From a phage, in the sequence record PZ019085.1: a stretch of DNA of 64,000 bases; one strand, given 5' to 3'. The notes under the pieces were generated by a model that saw only the letters and a program-made list of their open reading frames with translations, was not told where the DNA came from and did no database searches. Shown in pieces: positions 62,602 through 64,000 of this stretch; positions within the stretch are counted from its first letter, which is position 1, and the number at the start of each line of letters is the position of its first letter. Position numbers and translations under genes: made by a program.

Positions 62602-64000
62602 TTAGATGCCTTTTACATATACACGACGGAAGTAAGCGTTCTTACCAAGGCTGTTCAGGATAGACGGCATACCGGACTGGATGCGAGCACCTGGAGCCTG
62701 CAGGGAACTTTCAGCAAACGGGTTAACACCGATACCGTAACGAGTTTTAAATCCCATTACCGGCTGGAAGTTCTTAGGATCGGAACCACGCAGTGGGGTA
62801 AGTGCAACGTAAGGAGCATAGTAAATACCTGCATCCATTTCGTTAGCGCCTTTGTAACCAACGGTGAAGTAATCCTGTTTAGCATACTGGTCGATGTATA
62901 CGCGGTATTTACCACCAAGTACACCGGCAAATACAGACTTAGTAGTGTCGGTATTAAAACCAGAAGCCAGACCCTGTGCAGCGTAAGAAATACCAGTGTC
63001 AACTGAAGCCAGTACGTTAACTACGTTACGGGAAGCGATAATGAAGTTACCTTCACCACGACCGGTTTGACGAGCAATTTCAACTGCTTCTTTATCAATC
63101 TGGAACAACAGAGATTTAAAGCTTTCACCAGCCCAACGAGCACCACGGATATCAATCGGGTCCTGGAAGTCAAATACGCCAGCTTTAGAACCCGGAGTCA
63201 GGGTCATACCGGATTTACCAACCTGTGCCGAGTAGTTAATCCAATCAACAACTTCACGGTTGATTTCTAGCATAATTTCTGTAGCCAGAATACCGCTCAG
63301 TTCAGCATCAGCATCCATACCGTGTACTGCACGGAGGTCTTGTGCTAATTCGATAGAGTAAGCAGCTTTCAGCTGGCGAGATTTAGCTTCGATAACTTGT
63401 TTATCGATACGGAAGCCCATTTCATTCCATGGGTTATCGGTAGAACCGTTGAAACCTTCCTGGAGTTCAGCGATAGAAGTAGCCATACCTTCAGCGATTT
63501 CTACCAGTGCACCAGCTTCCATTTGTTTCTTAACTTCTGCATCTAATTTAGTTGCATCAGTTGCACCAGAATCAAGTGTTACGACAGCAGAAGCTTGCAG
63601 ATATACAGTACCAGTTTCTTGGAAGAAGTGAGTATAGATATCACCTACAACAGTAGTAGTGTCAGCAGCCAGAGCTGGGAATTTCTTAGCAGCACCCTGA
63701 CCAGAGAACATCGCGTCTGGGGCATACATCGGATGGAAAGCTTCTTTAGCGCCAGCAGCGATAGGGTCTTTACCATATACCGCACGGAGAGCAAATACCT
63801 GACCGGTAGGGCTGTTCATAGGCTGAACACCACAAATATCAAAAGCGATCAGATTAGGAATAGCACGACGAACCATACCCATAACTGCCGGCCCAATCTG
63901 GGTTACCGCACCAGAGGTTTGACCTGCTGCGATGTTCTGAGCATTATAACCATGGTCACCACCAATTTCAGCTTCGGTCAAGAAAGAACCAAATGCCTGA
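62602..64000 (-). CDS. 23: Major capsid protein gp23 (C-terminal ~465 aa; N-terminus lies beyond window end)
   Basis: Near-identical to T4 gp23 from …QAFGSFLTEAEIGGDHGYN… to …FRRVYVKGI; frame stays open to nt 64000. Confidence 0.95.
   Translation of the reverse strand, partial: QAFGSFLTEAEIGGDHGYNAQNIAAGQTSGAVTQIGPAVMGMVRRAIPNLIAFDICGVQPMNSPTGQVFALRAVYGKDPIAAGAKEAFHPMYAPDAMFSGQGAAKKFPALAADTTTVVGDIYTHFFQETGTVYLQASAVVTLDSGATDATKLDAEVKKQMEAGALVEIAEGMATSIAELQEGFNGSTDNPWNEMGFRIDKQVIEAKSRQLKAAYSIELAQDLRAVHGMDADAELSGILATEIMLEINREVVDWINYSAQVGKSGMTLTPGSKAGVFDFQDPIDIRGARWAGESFKSLLFQIDKEAVEIARQTGRGEGNFIIASRNVVNVLASVDTGISYAAQGLASGFNTDTTKSVFAGVLGGKYRVYIDQYAKQDYFTVGYKGANEMDAGIYYAPYVALTPLRGSDPKNFQPVMGFKTRYGIGVNPFAESSLQAPGARIQSGMPSILNSLGKNAYFRRVYVKGI

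Overview
This window is a contiguous segment of a T4-like (Tevenvirinae, Tequatrovirus-type) myophage genome, running in T4 gene order from the rIIA/rIIB locus to the major capsid gene 23. All calls rest on reading the ORF translations against remembered T4 protein sequences, gene lengths and synteny; no database search was run. The + strand is the early/middle strand (rIIA, rIIB, ndd, topoisomerase 52, motA, asiA, rnh, dsbA, 33, 59, 32, frd, td, nrdA, nrdB, denA, rnlA, spanins, pseT, cd, 31, rIII, 30.x cluster, DNA ligase, alt, 26, 25, uvsY, inh, hoc, rnlB). The - strand carries late structural genes (holin t, tail fibre genes 38-34, baseplate genes 54/48/29/28/27/51, uvsW, 24, 23). About 15 T4-type early promoters (GTTTAC -35, extended -10), several TATAAATA late promoters, two MotA-box middle promoters and many UUCG/CGAA-tetraloop hairpin terminators are visible. 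Differences from the T4 reference as I recall it: td and nrdB are uninterrupted (no group I introns), no homing-endonuclease ORFs were recognised, and a 330-aa class I DAHP synthase (aroG-like) sits immediately upstream of cd. That metabolic gene is the most unusual item here. Other points worth follow-up are a GC-rich, poorly coding ~350 bp stretch after rIII, an exact 27-bp tandem duplication in the receptor-binding tip of gp37, dyad symmetry around the -10 of many early promoters, and small-ORF clusters in the variable early regions. I did not find a clearly new multi-gene system.
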